Shown: positions 43,582 to 51,482 of the stretch, piece by piece
How positions within the stretch are numbered: the stretch's first letter is position 1
How the letters are laid out: each line of letters starts with the position of its first letter
NCBI GenBank assembly: GCA_964479725.1
Contig: CAYZNF010000004.1
Coordinates: 12,002-76,001, forward strand
Direction of reading: 5' to 3'
From: an uncultured Candidatus Saccharibacteria bacterium
GTDB lineage: Bacteria; Patescibacteriota; Minisyncoccia; Minisyncoccales; UBA10102
DNA length: 64,000 nucleotides
The notes under the pieces: generated by a model
Told to the model about the DNA's origin: nothing
The model's database searches: none
Seen by the model: the letters and a program-made list of their open reading frames with translations, nothing else
Position numbers and translations under genes: made by a program

Positions 43582-43797
43582 ATGGGCAAAAAATCTCCGT
43601 TTCCCAAAAGCACCAGAAAGTTTATTCGCAGTGAAAAGGCCCGTATTCGGCGCACCTTCGGCAGTTTAGAAGAGCAAAGAGCCAAGATCGCTGAATTGTA
43701 CGCTCGCCTTGCGCCCAAAGTAAAACAAACGGAAACCGGTGAGGTCAAAGCGCCTAATGCCCCAGAAAAGCAGGAAGCCGCGCCAGCGGCAAAGTAG
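43582..43797 (+). CDS. Hypothetical small basic protein (71 aa)
   Basis: MGKKSPFPKSTRKFIRSEKARIRRTFGSLEEQRAKIAELYARL.... It lies 6 nt upstream of the SpoU-family gene. Confidence 0.4.
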   Translation: MGKKSPFPKSTRKFIRSEKARIRRTFGSLEEQRAKIAELYARLAPKVKQTETGEVKAPNAPEKQEAAPAAK

Positions 43798-43803
43798 CCC
43801 AAA

Positions 43804-44271
43804 GTGGAAAAGGAATTTTTTGTTATCGTTGACAACGTCCGAAGTCTTGAAAATGTCGGTTCGATATTCCGTACTGCCGATGCTTTTGGCGCAACAAAAA
43901 TATTTCTCTGCGGCATTACCGGAATACCCCACGGAAAAGGGGATAAAATTTCAAAAACAGCCCTGGGAGCAGAGCAATGGATTCCCTGGGAATACCATAA
44001 GCAAACGTGGCGGGTGGTTGAAAAAATGAAACGAGCAAGAGTGTTTATCGCGGCTTTAGAGCAAACATCTAAAAGTGTCCCATTGGATAAATTTATCCCC
44101 AGATTTCCTTTGGCATTAGTGGTAGGAAACGAAGTAGAAGGCGTTTCTTCTTCTGTGCTGGAAAGAGCGGATGCTTGTGTTGAAATCCCAATGTCTGGAA
44201 AGAAGGAATCACTCAATGTTGCCGTGGCTTTTGGCATCGCCGCCCACGCAATTGCGAGATATCGCAATTGA
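43804..44271 (+). CDS. SpoU/TrmH-family RNA 2'-O-methyltransferase
   Basis: VDNVRSLENVGSIFRTADAFG, ALVVGNEVEGVS, ESLNVAVAFGIAAH (the three SpoU motifs). GTG start. Confidence 0.8.
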   Translation: MEKEFFVIVDNVRSLENVGSIFRTADAFGATKIFLCGITGIPHGKGDKISKTALGAEQWIPWEYHKQTWRVVEKMKRARVFIAALEQTSKSVPLDKFIPRFPLALVVGNEVEGVSSSVLERADACVEIPMSGKKESLNVAVAFGIAAHAIARYRN

Positions 44272-44288
44272 CCAGTCGGTGCTTTCAT

Positions 44289-44365
44289 GTCCTCGTAGCT
44301 TAGTGGATAGAGCGCTTCCCTCCCTCTGGGCCGTACGGCCCGACGGGCCGGAGGCCGAAGGAAAG
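44289..44365 (+). pseudogene. tRNA-Arg 5'-half fragment with a 33-nt GC-rich insertion in the anticodon loop
   Basis: 44289-44323 is identical to 44614-44648 (acceptor 5' strand, D arm, 5' anticodon stem, loop CTCC). Next comes ctctgggccgtacggcccgacgggccggaggcc, then gaaggaaag, which matches the tRNA's gaaggaaga at 8 of 9 positions. Homology is then lost. Confidence 0.7.
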
Positions 44366-44374
44366 CTAAATTCC

Positions 44375-44623
44375 ATGTTTTGCGTATATTTACTTCAAAG
44401 CGAAAAAGATAACAGTTTTTATATAGGCCAAACTAATGATTTGGAAAAAAGACTTGCTCGGCATAATAACGGTTTCGTGGTTTCTACAAAAAAGAAGATT
44501 CCTTGGTGTTTGCTTGGGTATGAAAAGTATCAGTCGCGCAATGAGGCGCGATGGCGCGAACACGAATTGAAACAAAGTTATTCGAAAAAGAGAAAGTTTA
44601 TTGAAAGTTTTTTGTCCTCGTAG
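44375..44623 (+). CDS. GIY-YIG nuclease-domain miniprotein (82 aa)
   Basis: MFCVYLLQSEKDNSFYIGQTNDLEKRLARHNNG...WCLLGYEKYQSRNEARWREHELKQ has the GIY...YIG, R and E motif order. The last 10 nt, including the stop, overlap the 5' end of the intact tRNA-Arg. Confidence 0.75.
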   Translation: MFCVYLLQSEKDNSFYIGQTNDLEKRLARHNNGFVVSTKKKIPWCLLGYEKYQSRNEARWREHELKQSYSKKRKFIESFLSS

Positions 44624-44686
44624 CTTAGTGGATAGAGCGCTTCCCTCCGAAGGAAGAGGTCAGAGGTTCAAATCCTCTCGAGGACA
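44614..44686 (+). tRNA. tRNA-Arg (anticodon CCG), 73 nt, no encoded CCA
   Basis: Manual cloverleaf: GTCCTCG TA GCTT AGTGGATA GAGC G CTTCC CTCCGAA GGAAG AGGTC AGAGG TTCAAAT CCTCT CGAGGAC A. Confidence 0.85.
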
Positions 44687-44744
44687 CCCCGCGTGATCCG
44701 CCGGCCGCAAACCGGCGATTGAGCAAACCGAAACCATCTCGCGC

Positions 44745-44773
44745 TTGACATCTCGTTAGGTGGTGGTAATAAA
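44745..44773 (+). promoter_or_regulatory. Promoter of the tRNA-adjacent island gene
   Basis: TTGACA-N16/17-TAATAA(A), then AGGAG 7 nt before the ATG at 44788. Confidence 0.45.
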
Positions 44774-44787
44774 GTAGGAGAAACCGT

Positions 44788-45540
44788 ATGGATGTATCCA
44801 ATCTAGAACAACATGTTGTGGCATTTATCGCGTGGATCAAAGACGCGTCTACCGGCATTGTGCCGTTCAATTACATTGATCCGGCGATGCGTGAAGCGGA
44901 TGCTCTATATGAGATACTCCTTGAGATGGCAAGGAATGATGTTGAGCGTCGCCAAGCACGCGTGATGTACGAGCAACACCGTGATACCCTTACGGGAGGA
45001 AAAGAGACGCCAGGAACAGAACTGATCGTCGCAACCCTGCGATCAGTGAGCAGAACAGTTGACGAAAAAAGACTCCTGGGAGCGATACACGAGCGCCTGT
45101 CTAGGCGCCACGAGAATGGCTCGGGGTACATCGTCCGTGTCTTGGGGCTGGAACCCGAAGTCCGTCGAATCGGAATTGAAAGGGTTTGCGTGATAGCTAG
45201 GATCTTCTATGAGGTGATACACCAAGGGCGACGCCTGGGGGATTACAAGATCGTGGTCTATTTGTATGATAATGGCGCTGAATGGGTTGGCATAGATATC
45301 TCTGGGGCGTTCGATCACAGTCTACGCGAAACCTTGAAGTACATAGACCTTGAGGTCATAGGCGGACACGAACTGGCGACCATCGAAAAGAACAATGGAG
45401 TTCCATCGATGCAGCTACAGGCTCTCGCCGCACGGCTCCGGGGGTATCAGCATTCCGATGTTGAAGCAACAGTCCGTGAGATCCTTGAGGACCGCTTCGG
45501 TAAACAGGCGAATCATGACCTCGTGCTGTGGAACAACTAG
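44788..45540 (+). CDS. Hypothetical protein (250 aa), GC-shifted island next to tRNA-Arg
   Basis: Clean ORF with promoter and SD. GC is 53% in 45001-45100. I recognise no motif. Confidence 0.55.
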   Translation: MDVSNLEQHVVAFIAWIKDASTGIVPFNYIDPAMREADALYEILLEMARNDVERRQARVMYEQHRDTLTGGKETPGTELIVATLRSVSRTVDEKRLLGAIHERLSRRHENGSGYIVRVLGLEPEVRRIGIERVCVIARIFYEVIHQGRRLGDYKIVVYLYDNGAEWVGIDISGAFDHSLRETLKYIDLEVIGGHELATIEKNNGVPSMQLQALAARLRGYQHSDVEATVREILEDRFGKQANHDLVLWNN

Positions 45541-45972
45541 TTTGAGATTATGGATTGGGACGAAGCCGGAGTCGCCTTTTCCATGGATTTCGATATCGAA
45601 AGACATGAAGAAAAGGTCGGCCTCATTGAGGTAGGAGTATCTATAATGTCCAGAGATATGATACAGGCCACACTCTCTGATGCAAAGCGCCTGTAAGTGT
45701 CGCACATCCCCCTTCTGCGGAAAGCGTTGATGGTGAAGGAATCAAGGCAAGGCATGCCCTATCCGGGTCTGTCAAGCGCCGGTCGTGCAACTGGTGGGTG
45801 ATAGCTGCTCACAGAACAGGCATCCATTACTAGCAGATCCTGTATCTCCCACAACTCCCTAATGATGAGGTTCCAATCAAATCCGGTGGGGTACACGCAT
45901 ATCAGTAGTATGTATATTTGAGCTTAAGTTGTCTCCCCTCCCGTCTTACCCATTGAGACGAGGGACACAGTA

Positions 45973-46422
45973 CTAGTCCTCCTCGAAGAAGCGTCCGTGA
46001 GTGCGCAAAATGCGCTCAACCTTTTCTGGAGTACTTCCCACCACAAAGGCGGAGAGGTGGTAACCACCGAATTCCCTGTTCCAGAGTATAGCTGAACCGT
46101 GGATGGCGTCGAGGAATAGAGGGTCGCCCGGCCGTTGAGGTCTGGCCATCTGAAGTCGACGACCGGTGGGCTGGCCGTCTGTACCTAGGTCATCCTTTAC
46201 CCACCGCCAAAAGAACGTACTGTGGTCATGGATGTATCTAGCAAGGTCTTCTCTCACTTGTGCATCTTTGATATCAATGACGACGTGCCGGTCGTTCGTT
46301 ACATAGATTGCCCCAATCTCTATCATCAGATGATCGCTTGGGGCAGTTGATTCGGCATTGGCCCTTCGGCCGCGGATTATGAGTTTTTCCATTGTATTGG
46401 GATTTCCATCCTTGTATTGCAT
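45973..46422 (-). CDS. Hypothetical protein (149 aa), GC-shifted island
   Basis: Clean ORF with no recognisable motif. The start is uncertain (MQYKDG... or the internal MEKLIIRG...). Confidence 0.45.
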   Translation of the reverse strand: MQYKDGNPNTMEKLIIRGRRANAESTAPSDHLMIEIGAIYVTNDRHVVIDIKDAQVREDLARYIHDHSTFFWRWVKDDLGTDGQPTGRRLQMARPQRPGDPLFLDAIHGSAILWNREFGGYHLSAFVVGSTPEKVERILRTHGRFFEED

Positions 46423-46625
46423 AGGGCATGTATGGGTAAAGTTGACCTGAGTAGTTACGAAAACACCTTCTAGCTCTTACGATGTGCCTCAATTGCTCTT
46501 GAGGGTTCCAAGCAGACGGCTTCTCCCGAACATCAGAGTGCTATGGTGTGCCTCCTTTTTCCACTGGTCACGCCACTCCTTATATATATTGCTTGCCGTT
46601 TTTGCATATTGCTAAACATGTCATG

Positions 46626-46760
46626 CTAACCGAATTGAATTCCGCAACAGCAGGGGCAGATTCCATCAAATGGGCTCTCCTTATCCCAAGGAACGAAATC
46701 AAGAGCATATCCGCAAGCCGGACACAGATTGGTATTGTTGTAAATGGAATTATTCATCAT
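46626..46760 (-). CDS. Possible zinc-ribbon miniprotein (43-44 aa; not in the ORF track)
   Basis: Manual translation gives (M)MNNSIYNNTNLCPACGYALDFVPWDKESPFDGICPCCCGIQFG. The two Cys pairs CPAC...CPCC are spaced like a zinc ribbon. It starts 6 nt after the vapC stop. I see no SD. Confidence 0.3.
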   Translation of the reverse strand: MMNNSIYNNTNLCPACGYALDFVPWDKESPFDGICPCCCGIQFG

Positions 46761-46766
46761 TTAATT

Positions 46767-47174
46767 TCAATATTTTTCAAAATTGCTTTTGCGCGGAGGA
46801 TATACGGCAATGTCTTTCATCGGAAAATCTTCCAAGTTGTTTGTAATAAGAGTTAAGCCGTGTTGTTTGGCTTGGCTGGCCAAAAAACAATCCAGAAGCT
46901 TTGTTCTGGAAGATGATAGGAATTTCTTTCTATACATTCCCGCGCTGCGGGCGGTGCTTTCTTCGATGGGAAGAATGGGGAAAGCGCGGGCTAGTTTCTC
47001 GAATGCTTTTTTCTCTGGAGCACAAGCTTTTGCCATAAATTCGGCAATCGTTATTACAGAGAGAACTACCGCCCCGTGCTTAATCGCAGTTTTCACAAAT
47101 GAAGCATCTGGCTCATGGCCGTCTATGGCCAAAATGCACACATTAGTATCCAATAGAAACCGGTGGGTATTCAT
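46767..47174 (-). CDS. vapC: PIN-domain toxin (VapC-like)
   Basis: MNTHRFLLDTNVCI...TIAEF...LLDCFLASQA...LITNNLEDF carries the PIN acidic residues. Its ATG overlaps the antitoxin stop (ATGA). Confidence 0.75.
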   Translation of the reverse strand: MNTHRFLLDTNVCILAIDGHEPDASFVKTAIKHGAVVLSVITIAEFMAKACAPEKKAFEKLARAFPILPIEESTARSAGMYRKKFLSSSRTKLLDCFLASQAKQHGLTLITNNLEDFPMKDIAVYPPRKSNFEKY

Positions 47175-47434
47175 TGATCTTGATCTTCGCGCATTTTTCT
47201 CTGCCATTCAATTGCTTTCTCTTTGGTCCATCGGGGGTTTTTTGCGTTTCCGACAACTTCGTTTGCAAGCAGTCCAAGGTCTTGTTTTGTTTTGCACTCT
47301 TTCATTAGGCGTTCTGTCGCTGCGCGTCGAAGATAGGCGCCTAAACTTTCTTTTGTGTTGTGTCTCGCTTGTTCGATTTTTTCTCTAAGGTCCTGCGGAA
47401 GGAGGATTTGGGTTCGTATCAGTTTTTTATTCAT
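47171..47434 (-). CDS. vapB: Ribbon-helix-helix-type antitoxin (VapB-like)
   Basis: LIRTQILLPQDLREKIEQARHNTKESLGAYLRRAATERL. It is 87 aa and translationally coupled to the PIN gene. Confidence 0.6.
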   Translation of the reverse strand: MNKKLIRTQILLPQDLREKIEQARHNTKESLGAYLRRAATERLMKECKTKQDLGLLANEVVGNAKNPRWTKEKAIEWQRKMREDQDQ

Positions 47435-47474
47435 ACATCATAATTATACATCATATGAAGAAAGTTGGTCAAGG

Positions 47475-48242
47475 CTATTGTTTCTTTTCCCCGAAGAATT
47501 GGCTAAGGGATTTGATGCCTTCCATAAACTCTATGGGCAGGGCGAATATGACTGTTTTTGAGGGATCGGGGTTTATTTTTTCGATTGTTTGCAGAGTTCT
47601 TAACGATATTCCCGCGGGAACCGAACTTAGAAGAGTTGCGGCTTTTGAAAGTTTTTCTGCTGCAGTAAACTCTCCTTCTGCCTGGATTATAATGGCGCGG
47701 CGTTCCCTTTCAGCTTCCGCCTGCCTTGCCATGACTCTCTTCATATCCATGGGCAATTCAATGTCTTGTATTTTGATTGATGAAATATCAATTCCCCAAG
47801 GATCCGTTGCCACATCAACAATTTTTTTCATTTCACCTGCAATCTTGTCGCGTTCAGACAGCAGGAAGTCTAATTCAACTCCGCCGATAATATCCCGCAG
47901 GGTGGCTTGGGCGTATAAAGCAACGGCGCTTATGAAATTTTGAATTTCCAGCACAGCTTTCTCGGCCTCTTCTACTTTAAAGTACACGACAGCGTTAATG
48001 CCCACGGTTACATTGTCTTTGGTGATAACCTCCTGTTTTGGAATATCGACAGTCGCAATTCGCAGGTCCACTTTAATCATTCGCTGTATGCCAATAAATA
48101 TCCAGGTAAGCCCTGGCTTTCTTGTGCCGGAATATTTGCCCAGGGTAAGCACGACCCCTCTTTCATATTGGTCTATGACCCGTATGCCCAAAACTCCAAA
48201 CAGGAAAACTATGCCTCCAATAACGTAAAGCGCAATGTCCAT
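47475..48242 (-). CDS. SPFH/band-7 stomatin-like (slipin) protein, backbone GC
   Basis: N-terminal TM helix, then IDQYERGVVLTLGKYSGTRKPGLTWIFIGIQRMIKVDLRIATVDIPKQEVITKDNVTV and AEAERERRAIIIQAEGE. Confidence 0.8.
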   Translation of the reverse strand: MDIALYVIGGIVFLFGVLGIRVIDQYERGVVLTLGKYSGTRKPGLTWIFIGIQRMIKVDLRIATVDIPKQEVITKDNVTVGINAVVYFKVEEAEKAVLEIQNFISAVALYAQATLRDIIGGVELDFLLSERDKIAGEMKKIVDVATDPWGIDISSIKIQDIELPMDMKRVMARQAEAERERRAIIIQAEGEFTAAEKLSKAATLLSSVPAGISLRTLQTIEKINPDPSKTVIFALPIEFMEGIKSLSQFFGEKKQ

Positions 48243-48342
48243 GAGATTTATGTTAGGGTTCTTCTTATACTTTCTCTATAGCAAACCCGCGCCTTAACTG
48301 CAAAACATGACGATAATGTGATAAGATAAGCTCGAACTTTTT

Positions 48343-49521
48343 ATGAAATATTTTTTCGGCAATCCTGCGGTGCTTGCATTGGCTTCTTTGGTGGGCACTA
48401 TAGTCGGGGCGGGTATTTTTGCTCTTCCTTACGCGGTTTCCCAAAGCGGTGCTATCCCCGCTATTTTTTATTTTGTTGTCATGGGGGGCGTTGTGCTTTT
48501 GCTGCACTTGTTTTTCGGAGAGTTTTCGTTGCGTACGTCCGCAACCCACCGTCTTATCGGATACGCAAAGCTGTATTTGGGAAGCACAGGCAAGGGCTTT
48601 GCTGTGTTTGCCATTTTGTTCAGCAATATAGGAGCTTTGCTGGCATATACTATTATCGGAGGGGAATTCTTGCAAACAGCGCTTTCACCGCTCGTCGCTA
48701 TTTCAAGTTTTCAGGCATCTTTGATATTTTGGGGAATTTTATCTTTGTTTATCCTGCGGGGGATTAAACTTATCGCCAAGGCAGAGCTTTTAATGAACAT
48801 TGCCTTGTTTGCCGCTGTAGGAATTATTTTTTTCTTTGCTATTCCTTTTGTGCATGCAGAAAATTTCTTTGTGTTCAGCATGCCAAACGCTTTTCTCCCG
48901 TACGGACTTATTTTATTCGCGTTCGCCGGATGGTCCGCTATTCCCGAAATAGCCGAATTATTTAAAAAGAAAAAAGACAAGAAACGCCTGGACAATGTGA
49001 TTGTCGCTTCCTCTGTAATAACGGCTGTTCTGTATGCCGCGTTTGCTTTTATTATTTGGGGAGTGTCGGGTTCGGCCACTTCGCAAGAGGCGCTAAAGGG
49101 GCTTGTTCCTTTCTTGGGAAAGGATATCGTCATTCTAGGCTCTTTTCTTGGGTTAGTGGCAATAGCGAGTTCGTATGTAATTTTGGGCAGTTACCTTAAA
49201 AATTCCCTCAAGTACGATTTTAAAATAAACCATGGCATTTCCACGAGTGTTGCCACGGTCATTCCGCTTTTGCTTTTCCTGGCTGGCATATGGCAGTTTA
49301 CCCAAGTGCTGGATGTTGTAGGAGCAATAAGTTTGGGTGCTGTTGAAGGAGTGCTCATAGTCTTAATCTACCGGAAAGCAAAAAAACTGGGAGACAGGCA
49401 GCCAGAATATTCTTTGCGAATTCCCGATGCTTTGCTGTTTTTCCTCATTGCTATTCTCGTGGGGGGAGCGGCGGTAAAAGTTTTTTATATTCTTTCTCCT
49501 GTTTTTAAGGATTTGTTCTGA
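48343..49521 (+). CDS. Amino acid permease-like transporter (~11 TM)
   Basis: LASLVGTIVGAGIFALPYAVSQSGAIPAIFYFVVMGGVVLLLHLFFGE is typical of amino acid/aromatic amino acid permease N-termini. The protein is hydrophobic throughout. Confidence 0.6.
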   Translation: MKYFFGNPAVLALASLVGTIVGAGIFALPYAVSQSGAIPAIFYFVVMGGVVLLLHLFFGEFSLRTSATHRLIGYAKLYLGSTGKGFAVFAILFSNIGALLAYTIIGGEFLQTALSPLVAISSFQASLIFWGILSLFILRGIKLIAKAELLMNIALFAAVGIIFFFAIPFVHAENFFVFSMPNAFLPYGLILFAFAGWSAIPEIAELFKKKKDKKRLDNVIVASSVITAVLYAAFAFIIWGVSGSATSQEALKGLVPFLGKDIVILGSFLGLVAIASSYVILGSYLKNSLKYDFKINHGISTSVATVIPLLLFLAGIWQFTQVLDVVGAISLGAVEGVLIVLIYRKAKKLGDRQPEYSLRIPDALLFFLIAILVGGAAVKVFYILSPVFKDLF

Positions 49522-49534
49522 TATAATACTGAAT

Positions 49535-50332
49535 ATGAAAGAATTTTTGGCAGACTTGTTTTTGACCGAAGACGCAAGAAAAAAGCGATTTGTGCAATTA
49601 TTGCAGGCAAAGCAATACAAAGAAGCCGAAGAAGTTTTGCACCGGCTCAACCGAGGCACATTTATTGGAGATTTTGTTTACGGCGCCAATGACGGCATTA
49701 TCACAACATTTGCAGTAGTGGCAGGAGCGGCTGGAGCCGCGCTTTCTCCGGGAGTTATTATTATTTTAGGAATTGCCAACCTGGTGGCCGACGGATTCTC
49801 AATGGGAGCCTCCAATTTCCTTTCGTTAAGATCAAAACGGGAATTTGTTAAAACCCAGCGTAAAAAAGCAGAATGGGAAGTGGAACAATTCCCGGAAAAC
49901 GAGAAAGATGAAGTAAGGGATATTTTGCGTTCATGGGGCATCCCTGAATCCGTGCTTGAGCAGTCGGTTTACGGACTTACCCAAAACAAGAAAAAATGGG
50001 TGGACCTAATGATGAAAGAAGAGCTTGGTTTGCAAGAAGAGGAAGATGCCAATCCTTCAAAACATGGCACGGCAACGTTTCTTGCTTTCCTGGCGGCCGG
50101 ATCCATTCCTTTGGTTCCTTATTTTATTGGCAATAATTCGGGAATCCAGTTTTTGTTTTCAAGCATTTTTGCGGGATTGGCCTTTTTTGCGGTAGGATCG
50201 GCAAGAACACTTGTTACCCACGAGCATCCATTTAGAGGAGGGCTGGAAATTATGCTTGTGGGAGGATTTGCCGCGGCGGTTGCCTATGCCATAGGCTGGG
50301 CGGTAAAAACCGTGCTTGGCATCACCATATAG
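49535..50332 (+). CDS. VIT1/CCC1-family iron/manganese transporter
   Basis: GDFVYGANDGIITTFAVVAGAAGA, with C-terminal TM helices GGFAAAVAYAIGW. Confidence 0.7.
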   Translation: MKEFLADLFLTEDARKKRFVQLLQAKQYKEAEEVLHRLNRGTFIGDFVYGANDGIITTFAVVAGAAGAALSPGVIIILGIANLVADGFSMGASNFLSLRSKREFVKTQRKKAEWEVEQFPENEKDEVRDILRSWGIPESVLEQSVYGLTQNKKKWVDLMMKEELGLQEEEDANPSKHGTATFLAFLAAGSIPLVPYFIGNNSGIQFLFSSIFAGLAFFAVGSARTLVTHEHPFRGGLEIMLVGGFAAAVAYAIGWAVKTVLGITI

Positions 50333-50334
50333 TT

Positions 50335-51096
50335 ATGAGCTTGGATTTTTTTATTAAAAACCATGGATATGAAACAGCGGGGTTTTGGCTGCCCCGCGTT
50401 ACCACAATCACATCCATTATTTCAAAGCCCAATCTTATCCAATACTATGCCAGGCATAGGAATATTTTTGCCGCCCAGCGCGCTCTGGCTTTGGCCGCCG
50501 ACTGGGGAACGATGGTGCACGAGGGCATTGAAAATGTTTTGCGGGGAGAGTCGTTTGTGATTGATCCTCGCATCTCGCCTTCCGTGTCGGCATTCCGTGT
50601 GTGGATGCGAGAGCATGATATTGAAGTAGTCGGCGAGCATGGAGGCATTGAGAGGCGCGTAACAGATTTGGAACACCGGTATGCGGGCACCATTGATATT
50701 ATAGCGAAGGTGGACGGAAGAGTAGGAGTTATTGATATTAAAACGGGAAGCGGCATTTGGGAAGAATATTATTTGCAGACCGCGGCCTATTTGCACGCAT
50801 ACCAAGAGCATGAGGAAAACAACCTGAAAGATGCTACGCGATGGATTTTGCGCGTGGACCAGTACCAGGAGTGCGAAGGATGTTTAGCCCAAAGGAGAGA
50901 TAAAGACGGCACACAGCACGTCAAGGGAGGGAAGAAATTCTGCAATCACCAATGGACTCCTCCCAAGGCGGATGTTGAGTGGAAAGAGCTTGAAGGATAC
51001 GAACACGATGCCAAAGCTTTTTTGGCGGCAAAGGAGGTGTGGGAATGGTACAATAAAAAATGGCTGCAGAAAATTTCCCTTTATCCCCATCTGTAA
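50335..51096 (+). CDS. PD-(D/E)XK nuclease superfamily protein (RecB/Cas4-like core)
   Basis: GTMVHEGIE, YAGTIDIIAKVDGRVGVIDIKTG (D...D-x-K) and QTAAYLHAY (QxxxY), followed by the Cys cluster CEGC...C. Confidence 0.55.
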   Translation: MSLDFFIKNHGYETAGFWLPRVTTITSIISKPNLIQYYARHRNIFAAQRALALAADWGTMVHEGIENVLRGESFVIDPRISPSVSAFRVWMREHDIEVVGEHGGIERRVTDLEHRYAGTIDIIAKVDGRVGVIDIKTGSGIWEEYYLQTAAYLHAYQEHEENNLKDATRWILRVDQYQECEGCLAQRRDKDGTQHVKGGKKFCNHQWTPPKADVEWKELEGYEHDAKAFLAAKEVWEWYNKKWLQKISLYPHL

Positions 51097-51101
51097 AATA
51101 T

Positions 51102-51428
51102 ATGGCTCAACTAAAACCAATTCTGGGATTTGTGCTGGTGGGCGCGGGAGTGCTGATTATTGGGTATGCCCTGTATTCTTCGCTGATGATTTTCAAGGGC
51201 AAAAATGAACCCCCGCAGATTTTTTCTAGGCCATTAGCAATGCGAACGGCGCAAAACCAGGAAGCGCAGCAGGCCGAAGCCTTATTGCAGGATCAGCTAA
51301 AAGCATATATGCCTCCAGATGCTTTTGCCAGGATGCTCAATCTCGTTTCTTGGTCAATTCTGTCTGGCGTGCTTATCTTGGGCGGCGGGCAGATGGCGGG
51401 CATTGGCGTAAAACTTCTCAAACCCTAA
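51102..51428 (+). CDS. Hypothetical small membrane protein (108 aa)
   Basis: MAQLKPILGFVLVGAGVLIIGYALYSSLMIF plus a C-terminal TM helix. I chose the start at 51102 so that it follows the upstream stop. Confidence 0.45.
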   Translation: MAQLKPILGFVLVGAGVLIIGYALYSSLMIFKGKNEPPQIFSRPLAMRTAQNQEAQQAEALLQDQLKAYMPPDAFARMLNLVSWSILSGVLILGGGQMAGIGVKLLKP

Positions 51429-51431
51429 TTA

Positions 51432-51482
51432 TATTTGTAGCATTCGCATTTATTCGTAGATTCGGATTATCTTTATGAAACT
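51432..51482. repeat. Solo copy of the VirB4-cassette terminal repeat, including the ATGAAACT start
   Basis: tatttgtagcattcgcatttattcgtagattcggattatctttatgaaact differs from 5036-5086 at 5 of 51 positions. It fills the 46-nt gap before the EndoQ-like gene. Confidence 0.8.

Noticed and set aside
43536-44288. 250-aa ORF on the - strand
   Set aside because: It lies antisense to the SpoU methyltransferase gene and the 71-aa ORF, both of which have clear motifs or operon spacing. I recognise no motifs in it.
44171-44374. N-terminal extension of the GIY-YIG ORF (150-aa version)
   Set aside because: The extension reads through the SpoU gene end, the tRNA fragment and the GC hairpin. The GIY-YIG domain starts at the ATG at 44375.
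44324-44648. Reading the locus as one tRNA-Arg gene with a 325-nt group I intron carrying a GIY-YIG homing endonuclease
   Set aside because: The putative intron would contain a full second copy of the 5' exon. The base before the 3' exon is not the G expected at a group I 3' splice site. I could not see P1-P9-like pairings. The intact downstream tRNA explains function more simply. This remains untested without a covariance search.
46430-46620. Possible leader peptides or sRNA upstream of the 149-aa gene (AAGGAGG at ~46545 on the minus strand followed only by 12-14-aa ORFs)
   Set aside because: There is no start codon at proper spacing and no clear terminator or conserved structure visible by eye. 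I note it only as an unexplained spacer.
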